A stretch of 64,000 nucleotides of DNA from contig NW_024704762.1 in NCBI RefSeq assembly GCF_018977255.1, forward strand, positions 6,510,001-6,574,000, in the 5' to 3' direction. A program made the position numbers and the translations under genes. The stretch is from Callorhinchus milii (Eukaryota). Positions 13,184 through 25,980 of this stretch are shown here, in pieces (the first letter of the stretch is position 1; each line of letters starts with the position of its first letter). The notes beneath the pieces are model-generated. The model had not been told where the DNA came from. It ran no database searches and saw nothing but the letters and a program-made list of their open reading frames with translations.

Positions 13184-16100
13184 ATGGATTTCCAGCATCG
13201 ACCTGGAGGGAAAACAGGGAGCGGAGGGGTCGCTTCTTCCTCCGAAAGCAATCGAGATCGGAGGGAGCGACTCCGGCAGTTAGCCTTGGAAACCATCGAT
13301 ATAAACAAGGTGGGACTTTTGATAGTTGTTTGATTTGCGTTTCCCCAGAGAGAAAAAAAACGACAGCCCAGAATGTAACGTAATGCCATTCGGTCCATCA
13401 TGTCGACCCGTTTCCAGTTACATTGTCAGATATTTCATTTTGATTCTGATTCTCGTTCTCCTGCCTTTTGTAGGATCCTTATTTCATGAAAAATCACTTG
13501 GGTTCTTACGAATGTAAACTTTGCTTGACACTGCACAATAATGAGGTAAGTAAGAGCGAGTCGATTCCTTGGCAACTGAAGACCTGCTTTTATAATGTTA
13601 GCATAAAAGATAAAGCTGTGAAATAGTATTCATTGTTGTTCGCTGTCTGAATCTTTTAAGAACTTTAACATTTATATTACTGGCGCGGGGGGAGGGGAAG
13701 GGGATGGATTCCATCAACAACGACAAGATTACATTTGTATAGCGCCTTTTACATTGGGAGGACGTCCCAAGGCGCTAGACAGTGTACAGCATTTCACACT
13801 CGAGCTGGGGTCAGGACACCTAGCTGCATAAAAATGAACTACTGAAGATTTTTCCATTTGTCTTGATTCATATCCTGTTTTTAATTGTTTTTGCAGGGTA
13901 GTTACCTGGCACACACGCAAGGGAAAAAACATCAGACCAACCTGTAAGCATAAAACCCTTTATTTGCTATGAGGGTTGTCAATGTGCCTCTGAGAAGGAG
14001 CTCCCCTTCATGTATTATGGAATTCTTTCCCTCTGGGAAATAATGGTCAATCCGGTAGACGAGACTGATGAGGTTGCCTATAATGATTATAAAGTCTGCT
14101 TATTGGGAATACTGTCCGTCAGTAATGTTCTGAAAGTTCATGCAGTTGGCATTAATAGCAGGGAAGAGGTAGAAAATCCTAGTCTGGTGATCAAAGGAGC
14201 CTCTTGTTTACTTCTACTGGGCAAATATAGCCTTCAAATCTGCATTTGGAGAAGCGGAGCTCTGTCTTTGAGCTTGCATTGAATGATACAGCAAGGAAAC
14301 AGGCCATTCGGCCCGACCAATCCATGCTGGTGTTTGTCCTCCACATGAACCCCCTCCCCACTCTTATTCTCCTCCCCTATACCCCTCTATTCAATTCTCC
14401 CTCATGTATGTATCAAGTGTTCTCATAAATATATTAATAGTTTTTGCTTGGGAGGGCATGAGAGGAATTCCGATTTGAGTTGCTGTTGCGATCTGTTACG
14501 GGAGATTCTAGTTTGCCTTTCAAGTGAGGAACTCGACATCTGCAGCTTGTCTTGAAGACTTGAGACATTTAATTGATATATTTATTTATGAAGAATATTT
14601 GTTTGCCGAAACTCCCTAATCCGGGGGTGGGTGGGGGTGAGGAAGGGAGGGCCTGTGGTGTACACATTAGTGTATTGATGTGCCACAACTGGAATGGAAC
14701 GACGGGGATTGCTTCTGTGGTTTTGACAAAGTGGGCAACATCCAGCACCATTCAGAATGAAGCAGTGGGCAAAAAGCAGCGTGCACAGGACTTCAACCGA
14801 TTAATTGTGATTAATCAGGTTTCAACCAATTAATTATGTCGGTTGTGCTTTTTACTTCAGTGCTCGACGAGCTGCCAAAGAGGCTAAAGAAGCACCAGCA
14901 CAGCCCGCTCCAGAGAAAGTTAAAGTGGAAGTGAAAAAGTTTGTGAAAATCGGTCGGCCAGGCTACAAAGGTATGTATACATAAACCATCTGAGACGCTT
15001 TATGCCCCGTGCTGAAGGGCACTACATAAATACAAGTTGTCGTTATTTAAAATCATCAGTCTTTGATGTGATGTGTCAATATTTGGAGGGATGAGATCAA
15101 TGGGTTAACCAGCAAAGGTTAACCAGGGTCTCGTCTGCCTGTTCCGATTTCATGGCACAGCTCAAGAAGAGAAGGGAGTTTCTATCGCCCAGTATCCTGG
15201 CCAACAGTCCCCCAAGTACAGTTGGTCACTCACTTCATGGCTGTTTGTGGGTCATTGCTGTGTGTAAATTGGCTGCCATGTTCGCCTACAAATACACAGT
15301 CACTACATGTTACTGCAGCAGCAGTTAATATGTAACGCAATGATGTAAAATATGTGCTGTATCATTGCAAGTATTATTATCTTGTACATTTTTGAGATTG
15401 GTCAGAGTAAACATGATTGTAATTTTTTTCCAGTCACCAAACAGAGGGATGCAGAAGTAGGACAACAAAGTCTTCTTTTTCAGGTAATGTGCACTGTGCT
15501 CCCCTTACACCAACTAATCAGGAAGCCTTGCTCGCAAATCTCTCTCTTTGGGGTGGGGTCAGGATTAGCCTTTGAAGTCCATGTGAGAGTGCAGCTATTT
15601 CATCTGGGTGTCGGCATGCTATGTACAGGTATAAATAAATGATGGCGTAATTCAATATATTGCTGATCATAAGTCGCAGATTTCTGTGGGGTTTTGCAAT
15701 TAAGAATATCTGTTACACAATAAACCTCACATAAGTTGGGACCAGACATTTAATATGACTTATGCAAAGTATGAGTTATGTCAAACTTGCATAGAATGTA
15801 ACTCTTGAACTGGACTTGGGCAGGTGTACTGCTTAGGCGATTATACTATTTATACAGAGCAGACTTGCGTGGGTTTTACTGTATCATACAATCTCTTTTG
15901 AAGATTTTACCCACACTTCTGTTTGTTTTTTTTCCCCTCCTCAAAAAGCTGTTTCCAGTTTTGGAAACCTGGAAGTTTTGGAAAGGCAGCCACAGAGGTG
16001 TCCCGCCGATCCTAATTCTGTGCGTTTTGTTTTTATTCGAAACCCACAGATCGATTACCCTGAAATTGCTGAGACCGTGGCGCCCCGACATCGCTTCATG

Positions 16101-17913
16101 TCAGCCTACGAGCAGAGAATCGAGCCCCCGGACAGGCGCTGGCAGTACCTGCTGTTTGCTGCCGAGCCGTATGAGACCATTTCGTTTAAGGTATCGTTAA
16201 AACCAAGTCACTGAAACCCAACAGTACAACAACTTGCACTTGTATAGCGCCCTCCACTCAGGGTAGTGTCTCAGAGGCCCTTATTTTTACTCCACGTTGA
16301 CAAACCCATCATTCATTTTATTTTTTCCACAGGTACCGAGTCGAGAAATTGATAAGGTTGAAGGTAAATTTTGGACCCACTGGAACAGAGAAACCAAACA
16401 GGTATTTTTTTTTTTACGCACACACTTGATTTAATAAACAACCTGAAACAACCTGCACTTGTTAGTGCACTTGAGTAAGGTCAGCACAAACTGAGCACAT
16501 CTCTTGTGTAATTAACACATCTTACAATTGTACCTTATCCAGTGCATAAGTGCGTTTAAGATCTATGTGAACATGAATTATCTAAGACAAGATTGCACGC
16601 CAACAGCTTCCGTCTACATAGCCTCCTCAATTCCCTCCCCACCAACCTTCATCTTCCTAATTGCCCACCCTCAGTTGTGTGAAGCATTTTGAGACACGAA
16701 AGACACTGTGTTAAATTGTCGTTGCCTCTCCTTTCTCTCTCCTATTTCTCTTCTCCCCCTCCCCTCCCCAACCCCCCAACAAAACCTCAAACCATTTGAG
16801 TTTCTCCAATAATTCATATTTTCGACTCTTGCCAAAATATTGAAATATCAATTGGAATCTTTGAAAATCGGTTTGTTGCTGAAGTGAATGCTTTGCGTGA
16901 GTGTGTGTGTGTGTGTGTATAATAGTGGGTGTGCGTATAGTTAAATATATATCAATAGATTGTTTACATGTATGCAGTTTCCTTGATGAAGTTCACAAAC
17001 AGGAGCTTCTTGTGCTGTAACGTAAGGTGTCCGGAGAGTTGTGTCTTGATCTCATCGGTTCTGTGCTTTCCCTCCAGTTTTTCCTTCAGTTCCATTTCAA
17101 GATGGAGAAACCGTTACCGCCACAGAGTCTGCCCATGGGGCCCCCGGGGATGAAACCCAGACCCCCGCCTCCGCCCCTGATGAACGGCATGCCCCCCAGA
17201 GGACCCCCGCCGTCAGAGCCAATGCCACCCCCTCCTCGCCCCGGCGGCATGCCAATGCCTCCCATGCCACCCTTGCCCCCTAGCGGTCACATGTCACACG
17301 GGGGTCACGGTGGGCCCATGTCACATGGGGGTCCAATGCCACCCAATGCACCAGTACCACCCAATGCCCCCATGCCCCCTAGCGGCCCCATGCCCCCTAG
17401 CGGCCCCATGCCCCCTAGCGGCCCCATGCCCCCTAGCGGCCCCATGCCCCCTAGCGGCCCCATGCCCCCTAGCGGCCCCATGCCCCCTAGCGGCCCCATG
17501 CCGCCAAGCGGCCCCATGCCGCCAAGCGGCCCCATGCCGCCAAGCGGCCCCATGCCCCCAAGCGGCCCCATGCCCCCAATGCCACCCAGCGGCCCTCTAC
17601 CACCTGGCGCTCCCATGCCACCCAATGCTCCTGTACCCCCGCCAATGCCTCCTGGTGGCCCTGCACCCCCAGGGCCACCACCACAGATGCCCCCCACTCC
17701 TCAAATTCCCCCACCCGCTCCACTTCCCCCCATGGTGCGGCCGCCACTGCCCACCGAAGCTGCCCCGGCTCCCTCCATCCCGCCCGCACCTCTTCCCCCA
17801 CCCGGCATTCCCCCACCTGGCGTTCCCCCGCCCGGCGTTCCCCCGCCCGGCGTTCCCCCCCTGGCGTTCCCCCACCTGGAGTTCCCCCGCCTCCCCCACC
17901 TCCCACTAACTGA
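13184..17913 (+). CDS. SF3A2: Splicing factor 3A subunit 2 (SAP62), 8 coding exons; apparent 1-nt deletion in the last exon
   Basis: Exons: 13184-13309 [15 protein letters not shown]...TIDINK; 13474-13545 [24 protein letters not shown] (U1C/matrin-type zinc finger); 13897-13943; 14861-14970; 15434-15483; 16050-16190; 16333-16401; 17078-17913 [12 protein letters not shown] plus Pro-rich tail. The conserved end PPPPTN* (TGA 17911-17913) needs one extra base in the C7 run at 17855-17861; as assembled the ORF runs to 18130. ATTAAA at 18035-18040. Confidence 0.97.
17368..17592 (+). repeat. 18-bp coding tandem repeat encoding (PMPPSG)n, about 11-12 units
   Basis: CCCATGCCCCCTAGCGGC / CCCATGCCGCCAAGCGGC units in the SF3A2 last exon. 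Confidence 0.95.
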
Positions 17914-18459
17914 CACATTTTGGAATATTGCATCTCAGCGTTGTGTAAACTTTTGTAGTTCAGTCTTAAATTTGTTTTGTGGGCGGTCATGTTTGCATAA
18001 ACATGACAGTGGTTCTTCAAGACTTCCAACTTTAATTAAAGCCTTTTTCATCCCCAACAGTTCTCTGTGTCTGTCTGTGTGTGTGTGTGTCTTACCTACT
18101 GAATTGAACAGAAGTGCTTCAATCCAATAAGCACTACGGCAAATGCAAGGGTTGTTATTTGTAAATGGCATTTAACTTTGTGACCTATTGTTGACTAGCT
18201 TTATCGGGGTGGGCAAAGAGAGAGAGAGAGATAAATAAGTAAGTGTAGTTTTCAGGGGTGGAATTAATTCCACGGTGACACACCTGGGAAAGGGAGAGTG
18301 AAGTAATAGAGACGACTTTGGTGAGGTTGGAGATTCAGTCAGTGCCTGAGCCAGGCAGGTCTGCGGTAGTCCAGGGCACATTTATTGATTGAAGCGCCTG
18401 CCTTATTTCATCAATGGGACGAGGAGGAGTAGACATGACACTGTGAGTTTAGACCCTTC

Positions 18460-18692
18460 CCACTCTGCTCCTGATAACCCCGCAAGCCAAAGAATGCGGA
18501 GCCAAAGCTTAGTTGGCAACTTGTGCAATCCACGAAAGCAAAACACAAGGTCACCTTTTGTTCCAATATCAACTTGTACGCTCCTTTGCCAACTTTAATG
18601 TAACACAGTCAGAAAGGCTCAATCTCCGCCAGGCGCAAGCTGGACTCCTGCGCTGAATTCCTCTGGTCAATTCAACAAACTCCAGATCAAAG
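18460..18692 (+). promoter_or_regulatory. AMH proximal promoter with candidate GATA, SF-1/NR5A and SOX sites
   Basis: TGATAA 18472-18477, CAAGGTCA 18546-18553, TTTTGTT 18556-18562 and TTTAA near 18594. These are the factor classes known to drive AMH in tetrapods. Confidence 0.6.
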
Positions 18693-21600
18693 ATGAAAAC
18701 TCTTTTGGTTCTTTTAGTTTCTCAGTTGTCTCTCTCGCTAACGGCTCCGCTTCCCATAGAACTGAGCACCAGGGTAGAGAGCGCCGATGATCCGAGCGTC
18801 AGTCAGAGTCATGCAGAGGAGAGTTCCCATTTCAATCCAGCTGGGACTGAAGCAAACTACGAGTTCGATAGAAAGTCACGTTCCCCGACACACGAAATCT
18901 CGCCACCTTCAAACGAAGACCAGGGACCTTCGACCGTTGCAAATAGGAGTCGGGATTACCGTTCGGATACATTCTCCGAACAGTACGACTATCATTCACG
19001 CCGCCGGGTCCTGGGTGGCTTTGAGGAGCCGGTTTGTAGGTTACACATGGCCGGAGGGAGCGACCGGAGGCCGAACCCTGTGGAGATAGTCGGCCTTGTT
19101 ACTGGGTACGAACGGGGGTTCATCGAAGACGTGCGTCAGTACAGCGACGGCCACATGGCTAGGTTTGGCATCTGCTCAGATTCGTCGAATCAAAGCGCTT
19201 TGCCCTCTCTCACTAATCTCGCTCTTCACCTGGAAGCCGGGGCGCAAGTGGTGAGACTGACGGTGCTGCACCTTTCCGAAAGTAAGCAGCCGAGATCGTT
19301 TGTAGATGTCGTTTGTAGCTCACGGGTTTTTAACATGTGGCCTTTGTGATCTACGCTAAAAGATACGGGACTATTTCTGAGTAGATTTCGGTCCACGTCC
19401 ACCGCAGCGGTGGAAATTAACCCCCGTCGTCGTAACCGCTTTTTAAAAAGTGGACAGGTAGACCTGATTTACCTGCAGCTCGTGTGTTCCAACCACAATT
19501 TATTTCCTGCAAAATCAACACTTTAACCGCTGCAAAAAGAGCAGTGTGATTAATATTATTATATCACAAAACGAGTGTCAGTGTTATTCAGCTCCCAAGC
19601 TGTGAGCCTCAGAAACCACTTGATCCTTGTGTGGCAGTTAACTCAGAGGATTGTTTTCTGTAGTTGGCATGGATAAGGTCAGGCTAGGCAGGTGCTGCGG
19701 TTCAACAAACGGGGCAGAATTGGTGTCCGTTCCTTATAAGAACTAAGATTGTAACATGATAAACATTCGGGATAAACTAGGACAGGTATTTGGTTGCAGT
19801 TTGATATTTCTGATCCTTTTATAATGTTGCTTTTTCTTGAAAATAAATACTGCACCCTGACTATTTCCAAGCCGCCTGTTTCATCGGTGACTCTATCATC
19901 CCTGCGTTTACAATGGCAGCTCAGGTAAACCCAGAGTTATCATTCTCGCTATTTACATAACACAAATTGTCACTGATTCCTGCCCGAACCTTAATTAATT
20001 TCCTGAACGTGTAAAAACCCAGCCAGCAGTGACGAGCGCTTTGAGATGTCCTCCCGACATGAAAGTGTAAATTGTATTGTGTTGTTAGTTACTTGAGTCT
20101 CCGCTTCTGCTTCCAAACAGTGAACTGGAAAGAGCACAACCTCCAGCTCCAGTTTAAGACGGCGTATCAATGGGATTTGGACCAGCCGATGGATGACTCA
20201 GAAATGTCTCTTCTTGTCTTTTATCTTGGGCAAAGGCAGGATTATTTCTTCGAAAACAGAGAAGGATTCAGATTCGCTGAGCTTCAGCTGGACGAGCACC
20301 AGGTGAGCTTTTTATTTATCCCATTGAAACAATCAGAAACTTTAATTTTAAAAGAGAAACGCACTCTCGCCCCACGATTCATCACACTGTCACCTTTCTA
20401 CTTAGCATACATTTGTATTTGTATCAGTGCTGTCTCCTGTTATCTGGGTAAACCCTTAATAGTGTTCATTACTCTGTGGAGCTTGTACAAGCGAGAATGA
20501 CCGCATTGGCTATCAATTGCTAACCCCTTTAAGTCAGGATCTTTCCAGTCTCTGATTACATGCACTAAGTAGGAACCCAGTTGTCAGTCGATTGGAGGGT
20601 GAATAATCCCTCCAAAACAGCAAAGCCTGAACACAATTGTGTGCAATTGGCTGCCGTGTTTCGCCCACAAAATACACAGCCAATCCACATTACAATATAT
20701 TCTGCGAAGTGCTTTCGGCCGACTCAACAACATGATAAGGCCCGATGTCGAATGCAACAGTTATTATCCTTTGGGCCATTTAAATTAATTGCACTTAGTC
20801 TCTGCTCCACTTTAACATCGTGAAAGAGTTGGCTGCGTGTTATTTTTAGCTTCTATCTAGGCTGCCAGATTAGCTTGCTTTCACAGTGCAGTTCTCCCCC
20901 TTGGATTTTACTTTTTAATTTCATTCTGTCCGTTTACATTTGATCCAAATTTCAATGCCCTTTTGTTCAAGGTGCAGTGAATCTTTCTGCATTTCCTGCA
21001 AGTGTGATGAGAAATGAGGAGTGACTCAAAATATCACTTGAGTTTCACTGTCATACTGAACCACCCAAGACCTGGATTTACTCCACGGGTAAATTCAATG
21101 TATTTACAAAAAAACTGGCTTCAAAACGAGGGCTGTTTATAAGGAAGCCGGGGGTTACATGAGCAAATATTTAAACTTTTACAATTTAAATTTTCTATTT
21201 AAAACTTATATTTAAAATTTAAACTTGAGGAATTCCATGACTGCTTTCTGCAAATCCTAACTGGCAGAAAATAATTGCTGTGCGTAATTGGCTGCCGCGT
21301 TTCGCCCACAAAATACCCTGACGTCTTAGAGGCGTCTCGACGACGTGATAAGGCGCTATATCAAATGCAAGGATTATTATTATTATAACTAACGCTGAGA
21401 TCTTCTGTCCAGACCGTGTGCTTTTATGAGCAGACGAAATACGTCATCCTTAACGTTCAAGGAATTCCTGGAAAACACTCCGATGGGCAACTCTGCTTTG
21501 AGGTGTCTTTAAAAATCAGCTCTCTCTCCAACGGTGAGTAATTTGCTCACACAAAACACACAGTCACTTCCCTTTGCAGTAAATCCTGCAAAGCGCTTTG

Positions 21601-24600
21601 GGATGCCCTGCTAACTCTTAGTATAACAGTGGAGTCCTGTAGCTCAGTGGTTAGTGTGTTTGCCTCGCAACGAGAGGACCTGGGTTCAATTCCCGGCAGA
21701 GCGAAACCTTGGGCAAGTTTCCTTACTCCACACGCCTGTGTTTACCTTGCAGAAAGTGGGAACCCGGTTGTTAGTCGATCGGCGGATCGCTTTTCCGGGG
21801 GTAATAATCCCTCCAAAAATAATAATAATAATAATAATAATTTGGTCACTCGTTCCACACCCTCAATTATTGGCTGCCGCATTTCGCCCACAAAATATAC
21901 AGTCAATTCACTTTACAGTATATTCTGTGAAGCGCTTTGAGACGTCTCGAAGATGTGATGAGGCGCTGTATCAAATGCAAGGATTATTATAACAGAAAAT
22001 AATCTTATCTAATACTTTTTGGGGGCGGGGGGGGAGCGGGGAATGGGGGTGGGGGCATGTTTTGAAAGCAAGACACCTGGTGAGTGGTTATCAGCATTCT
22101 GAAATGCAATCATTTACTTTTGTTCGCTTAGGAGTGAACTTGACCCTAACTGTACTTTTGAAAATATTCTCCAGACAAAACAGCAGATGTCCCAGAATCT
22201 GAGGTCTGTTCAGACGGACGTTAAAGATCCTGTAGCGCTATTCGAAAAGAGAGAAAGGAGTTTCTCCTGGTGTCCTGGCCAACAATCCCTCAGATAAACA
22301 TCGGTCTGTTTTGTGATCTGCGAGTGAACTCGTGTGTATTATGGGGCTGTACTTAAGCTAATTGTGAACGCACGTGAGCAGATGGCTTGTGCTGAGGTCT
22401 CATAGTGAGTGTCTTGGGGAGAGGGATCAGATTTGATGCTAAAATGGAGTGGATCCATGTTGTTTTGGTTGTTATTATTATTATTATTATCCATATGCCT
22501 CCTCTTCCATCTGAGACCAGCCAACTCAACACAGACCGTGTCTAGAGCCTGCGATCTTCCTGGTCTGTTCAGCTTAAACCACAACTCATTGTTTGTTCCG
22601 CACCCCTCCGCCCCCCCCACCACTCCCCTTCCACACCTCTCCCCCTCCCTTTCCTACACCCTCTGCCATCATTGGGATTCGCCAAGAGACAGTAGAACAA
22701 GAGGACTCGGGTTTCGAGTCGCAAAATGACTATTTCAGGACAGACGCCAGGAAGTATTTCTTTTCCCAGATGGTAATTGATGGCTGGAACAGTTTGCCGG
22801 TGGTGGGGGGTTTGGGTGAGGGCCAGGACAGGGGGAACTCGTTTAAAAAAGTACAACTCGATGCTGTGATGTGACCTGGGTAGGGAGGGTGTGCTGGAGG
22901 GGGTGAGATCAGATGGGCCTAAGGGGCTTTTTTTATCCCCCCGTCCAAACCAACCCCTGTGACGTTCATTCTCTTTTTGACCACCGAAGCAAGTCAGGGC
23001 TCGTCCCACTAGATGGCAGTCGCCTCCAATGCATTAACAGCTCGAAGTGTGAAGAAATCACTGCCTTCGCTTCCGTTCGCCCCTTTCCGATTACGACTGT
23101 CGGACTCGGATTGTCACCAACATTTAATTGTGTTGTGTTTGAAACGGGCTGTTAACTCATAAAACCGCGAGTCCGCGTGTGGTTCGGAACCCCTAGAAAA
23201 TCACGCTCACGCAGACGGGTAAAAATTAGCTATCAAAACTTTTGTATAGCGTGTGGAGTATCGACTAGTTGAGCCGAATGGGCTGTTTCCGGTCTGTATC
23301 ACTCTACGTAACTCTAGGTACCTTTGGGATGATGGACAGCACTCAGTCCGCGTCAGGTCAGGCAGACAGTTTGTAATCGCTGTGTGTGTGTGTCTTTGGT
23401 TTGGGTTCAAATTGGTTCATGCGGTGGGGTGGGGGGGGGGGGGGCATCGCTCCTCTGTAATCGCTGTGAGTAATGACTGTTCGTGGTGGGCATCTGGGGT
23501 TTAGTGTAAGTGAAACGTCCCCTGTTCGCTGGCTGTGATTGTTCGTCAGGTACCCGGCCCGTGAAGGAGAGGCTCCAGCAACTGCTTTTCGGCCTGGATG
23601 AGAAGCGCTTCACCAGGATGACTCCGGCTCTGTATCTGCTCACCCGGAAAAGGAAACCCACCCTGCAGCCCTCCTGCAATACTCTACAAGACGCGACCAC
23701 TCAACTGTCCCTGGACAAGTAAGTCTCCATAGCATCGCCAGAGAGGCTCAGGGTGAAGAAGACACTTTGGCTCATTTGATCTCGTCCTGTGAAGCGCTTT
23801 GAGACGTCTCAATGATGTTATAAGGCGCTGTATCAAATGCAAGGATTATTATTTTATACCCACACGTCACAAGCTGTTTCTTAAAGGAGTCCCAGTGTCC
23901 TGGGTTGAATCACTCGCTTAAGCCCTTTAGGACATCCTCCAGACGTGAAAGGCACTCTAGAAATGTTATTTGTACTGGAGTATATTCTATTGTATCGAAC
24001 CACCTCCTTCCTGGTGTCCCATTCCAATACCCTCCAGGTAGAGTTGGAGTCTATTATGAATTCCCTTTGACGTTCCTGAACCTGTGTCTTGTCTTGGCAC
24101 ATCTGAAAGCGCGGTACTGGGTTTACTCTCTCAGTCCCAGTTCGAATCCTATTCACCTCTATAAGGTCCCGTCTGAGTCTTACCTCATTGTCGCTCATCG
24201 CTCCAAACACTGGGGTCCATCCTGACTTACGTGTGACTTGCTGTGAAAGCAGCTCAAGTCACAAGAGCAATTTGCTACCGAAATCCATTTGAAATCGGCT
24301 ACTATTTATTATAATAATAATAATATTATCTAGTGCTAATGAAAGAATTACTGAGTCATGGTTAGAATTCAGTGATACTTTCTATATCGAGTAACACAGG
24401 CGAGATCCTCTTCGCCAATCTCATGGATTTGAATGTGCATAAATCCACCGCCAGCTCCAATCCGGTCTCTTTATTTTATTTTCAGACGAGCCTCCAGAAC
24501 GGAGAGCGATTGGGACGTGTCAGACCTGCTCCATCACCCAGGGCCCTCGGGCCGTGTATCCCCGCGTGACTTCCTGCGGCATCTCAACAGCTTCCTGAAC

Positions 24601-25446
24601 ATGGTGCTGGATTACTCCACTGACTGGCGCTCCAAGTCTATATTCCACCTGGACAAGGAAACCATCGAGAGTCTTCCTCACCAGTCCCTGAACATCTCCA
24701 ACATTTATGCGCTGGAGCTGCTGGTGGAGTTAGAGGAGCCTCTAGTGTTCCTGTTGCCGGAGAACGCCGAGGTGTTTCTCGAGGACACATCGGGGGAGAA
24801 CAGTGGCGAGAGCAGGAAGCAGGAGGAGAAGATCCAGCGGCTCTTCCTCACCAAGATGCAGGGCGTGATCGCACAAGTCCTGGCGATTCCCGTGTTTCAG
24901 AAGGAGAAGGTCTTGAAGAAGCTGAGATACCTTTTGAATCAGTGCAACTACCCGTTCCCTCTCCCCCAGGTCCCCCAGGTCCCGACCCGGGTCGGCGACG
25001 CTCCCAAGCCCGGCCAAAGGGAGAGGAACCGCAAGCAGAAGACCTACCACACCTTCCTGCTGCTGAAGACGCTGCAGACGGTGAAGACCTTCTGGGACAA
25101 GAAGCAGAAGCTTTTCCGCCAGAACAGGAGTGCCGGGAACCGGTCGGTGTGCAAACTGGAGGAGCTGAGCATCGACTTCGAGCGCTTGTCTTACGACTGG
25201 ATTCTGATCCCCAAGTTGTACAACATCCACAACTGCGTGGGGCCCTGCAGGGTTCCCTTGATCGGGAACGTCTCCAACCACGTGGTCCTCCTCATCAAGA
25301 TGCAAGAGCAAGGACTGCCCACCAAGCGGGAGCCCTGCTGCGTCCCTGTGGAATATTCTGAGCTGCTGCTGGCTGTCGTGAGCGACCACAGCAGTGAGAT
25401 CACGATATACAAGAACATGGTGGCCGAGGACTGCAAGTGCAGATGA
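18693..25446 (+). CDS. AMH: Anti-Mullerian hormone precursor (TGF-beta family), 5 exons, 673 aa
   Basis: Exons 18693-19281 (signal peptide MKTLLVLLVSQLSLS), 20121-20302, 21413-21533, 23550-23718 (RLQQLLFGLDEKRFTRMTPAL, characteristic AMH_N motif), 24486-25446 (RQNR|S convertase site; CKLEELSIDF...HNCVGPC...PCCVP...CKCR cystine knot). 2022 nt, phases consistent. AATAAA at 26145-26150. Confidence 0.95.
21629..21990 (+). mobile_element. tRNA-derived SINE (family A), near full length, in AMH intron 3
   Basis: Head GGAGTCCTGTAGCTCAGTGGTTAG (A box)...GGTTCAATTCCC (B box), L2-like tail and (TAT)n. Multiple copies in the window. Confidence 0.9.
22680..22960 (+). mobile_element. CR1-type LINE 3' fragment
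   Basis: Translates FRTDARKYFFSQMVIDGWNSLP...NSFKKVQLD, typical of the CR1 ORF2 C-terminus, followed by a GATGGGCCTAAGGGGC-type 3' UTR. Confidence 0.7.
24040..24230 (-). mobile_element. CR1-type LINE fragment
   Basis: Minus-strand RLRRDLIEVNRIRTGTERVNP resembles the CR1 RRLRGDLIEVYKI motif. Confidence 0.6.
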
Positions 25447-25652
25447 CGCAGATATTTCTTCGCCCTCGATAGCTCTCTCTGCCGGGCGTCCAAAAAAAAC
25501 GGCCATTCCTTTGGTCAACGCGTCTCAAATCTCTCGTGCGCGCGTGTGTGTGTGGTTTTTTTTTTTCTCCCCCCCCCCCCCACCACCCTTGCCAACACCT
25601 CCACACCCCCCAACTCCACCCCCTCCCCCCCTCACTCCGAGCTTGAGGCACT

Positions 25653-25980
25653 TAATAATAATAATAATAATATCCTTGCATTTGATATTGCGCTTTTCAC
25701 GTCTTCTCGACGTCTCAAAGCGCTTCACAGAATATACTGTAAAGTGAATTGACTGTATATTTGTGGGCGAACGCGGCGGCCAATTGCGCACAGCGATGTC
25801 CCACAAACAGTCGTAGATTGAAAATGACCAATTTATTATAGTTTTGTTTTTGGAGGGATTATTATTAGGCTCTGTGTGGAGTAAGGAAACTTGCCCAAGG
25901 TTTCACCCTCTGCCGGGAATTGAACCCAGGTCTCTCACTTGCAAAGCGAGTGCTCTAACCACTGAGCTACAGGACTCCAC
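25653..25980 (-). mobile_element. SINE family A, full length, antisense in the AMH 3' UTR
   Basis: Reverse complement matches the 45711 and 59707 copies from the tRNA head to the (TAT)n tail. Confidence 0.92.

Noticed and set aside
17305-18029. Minus-strand Gly-rich ORFs and a + strand (AAPCPL)n ORF
   Set aside because: Antisense or alternative-frame shadows of the SF3A2 repeat exon.
24742-25518. 258-aa minus-strand ORF
   Set aside because: Antisense shadow of GC3-rich AMH exon 5.
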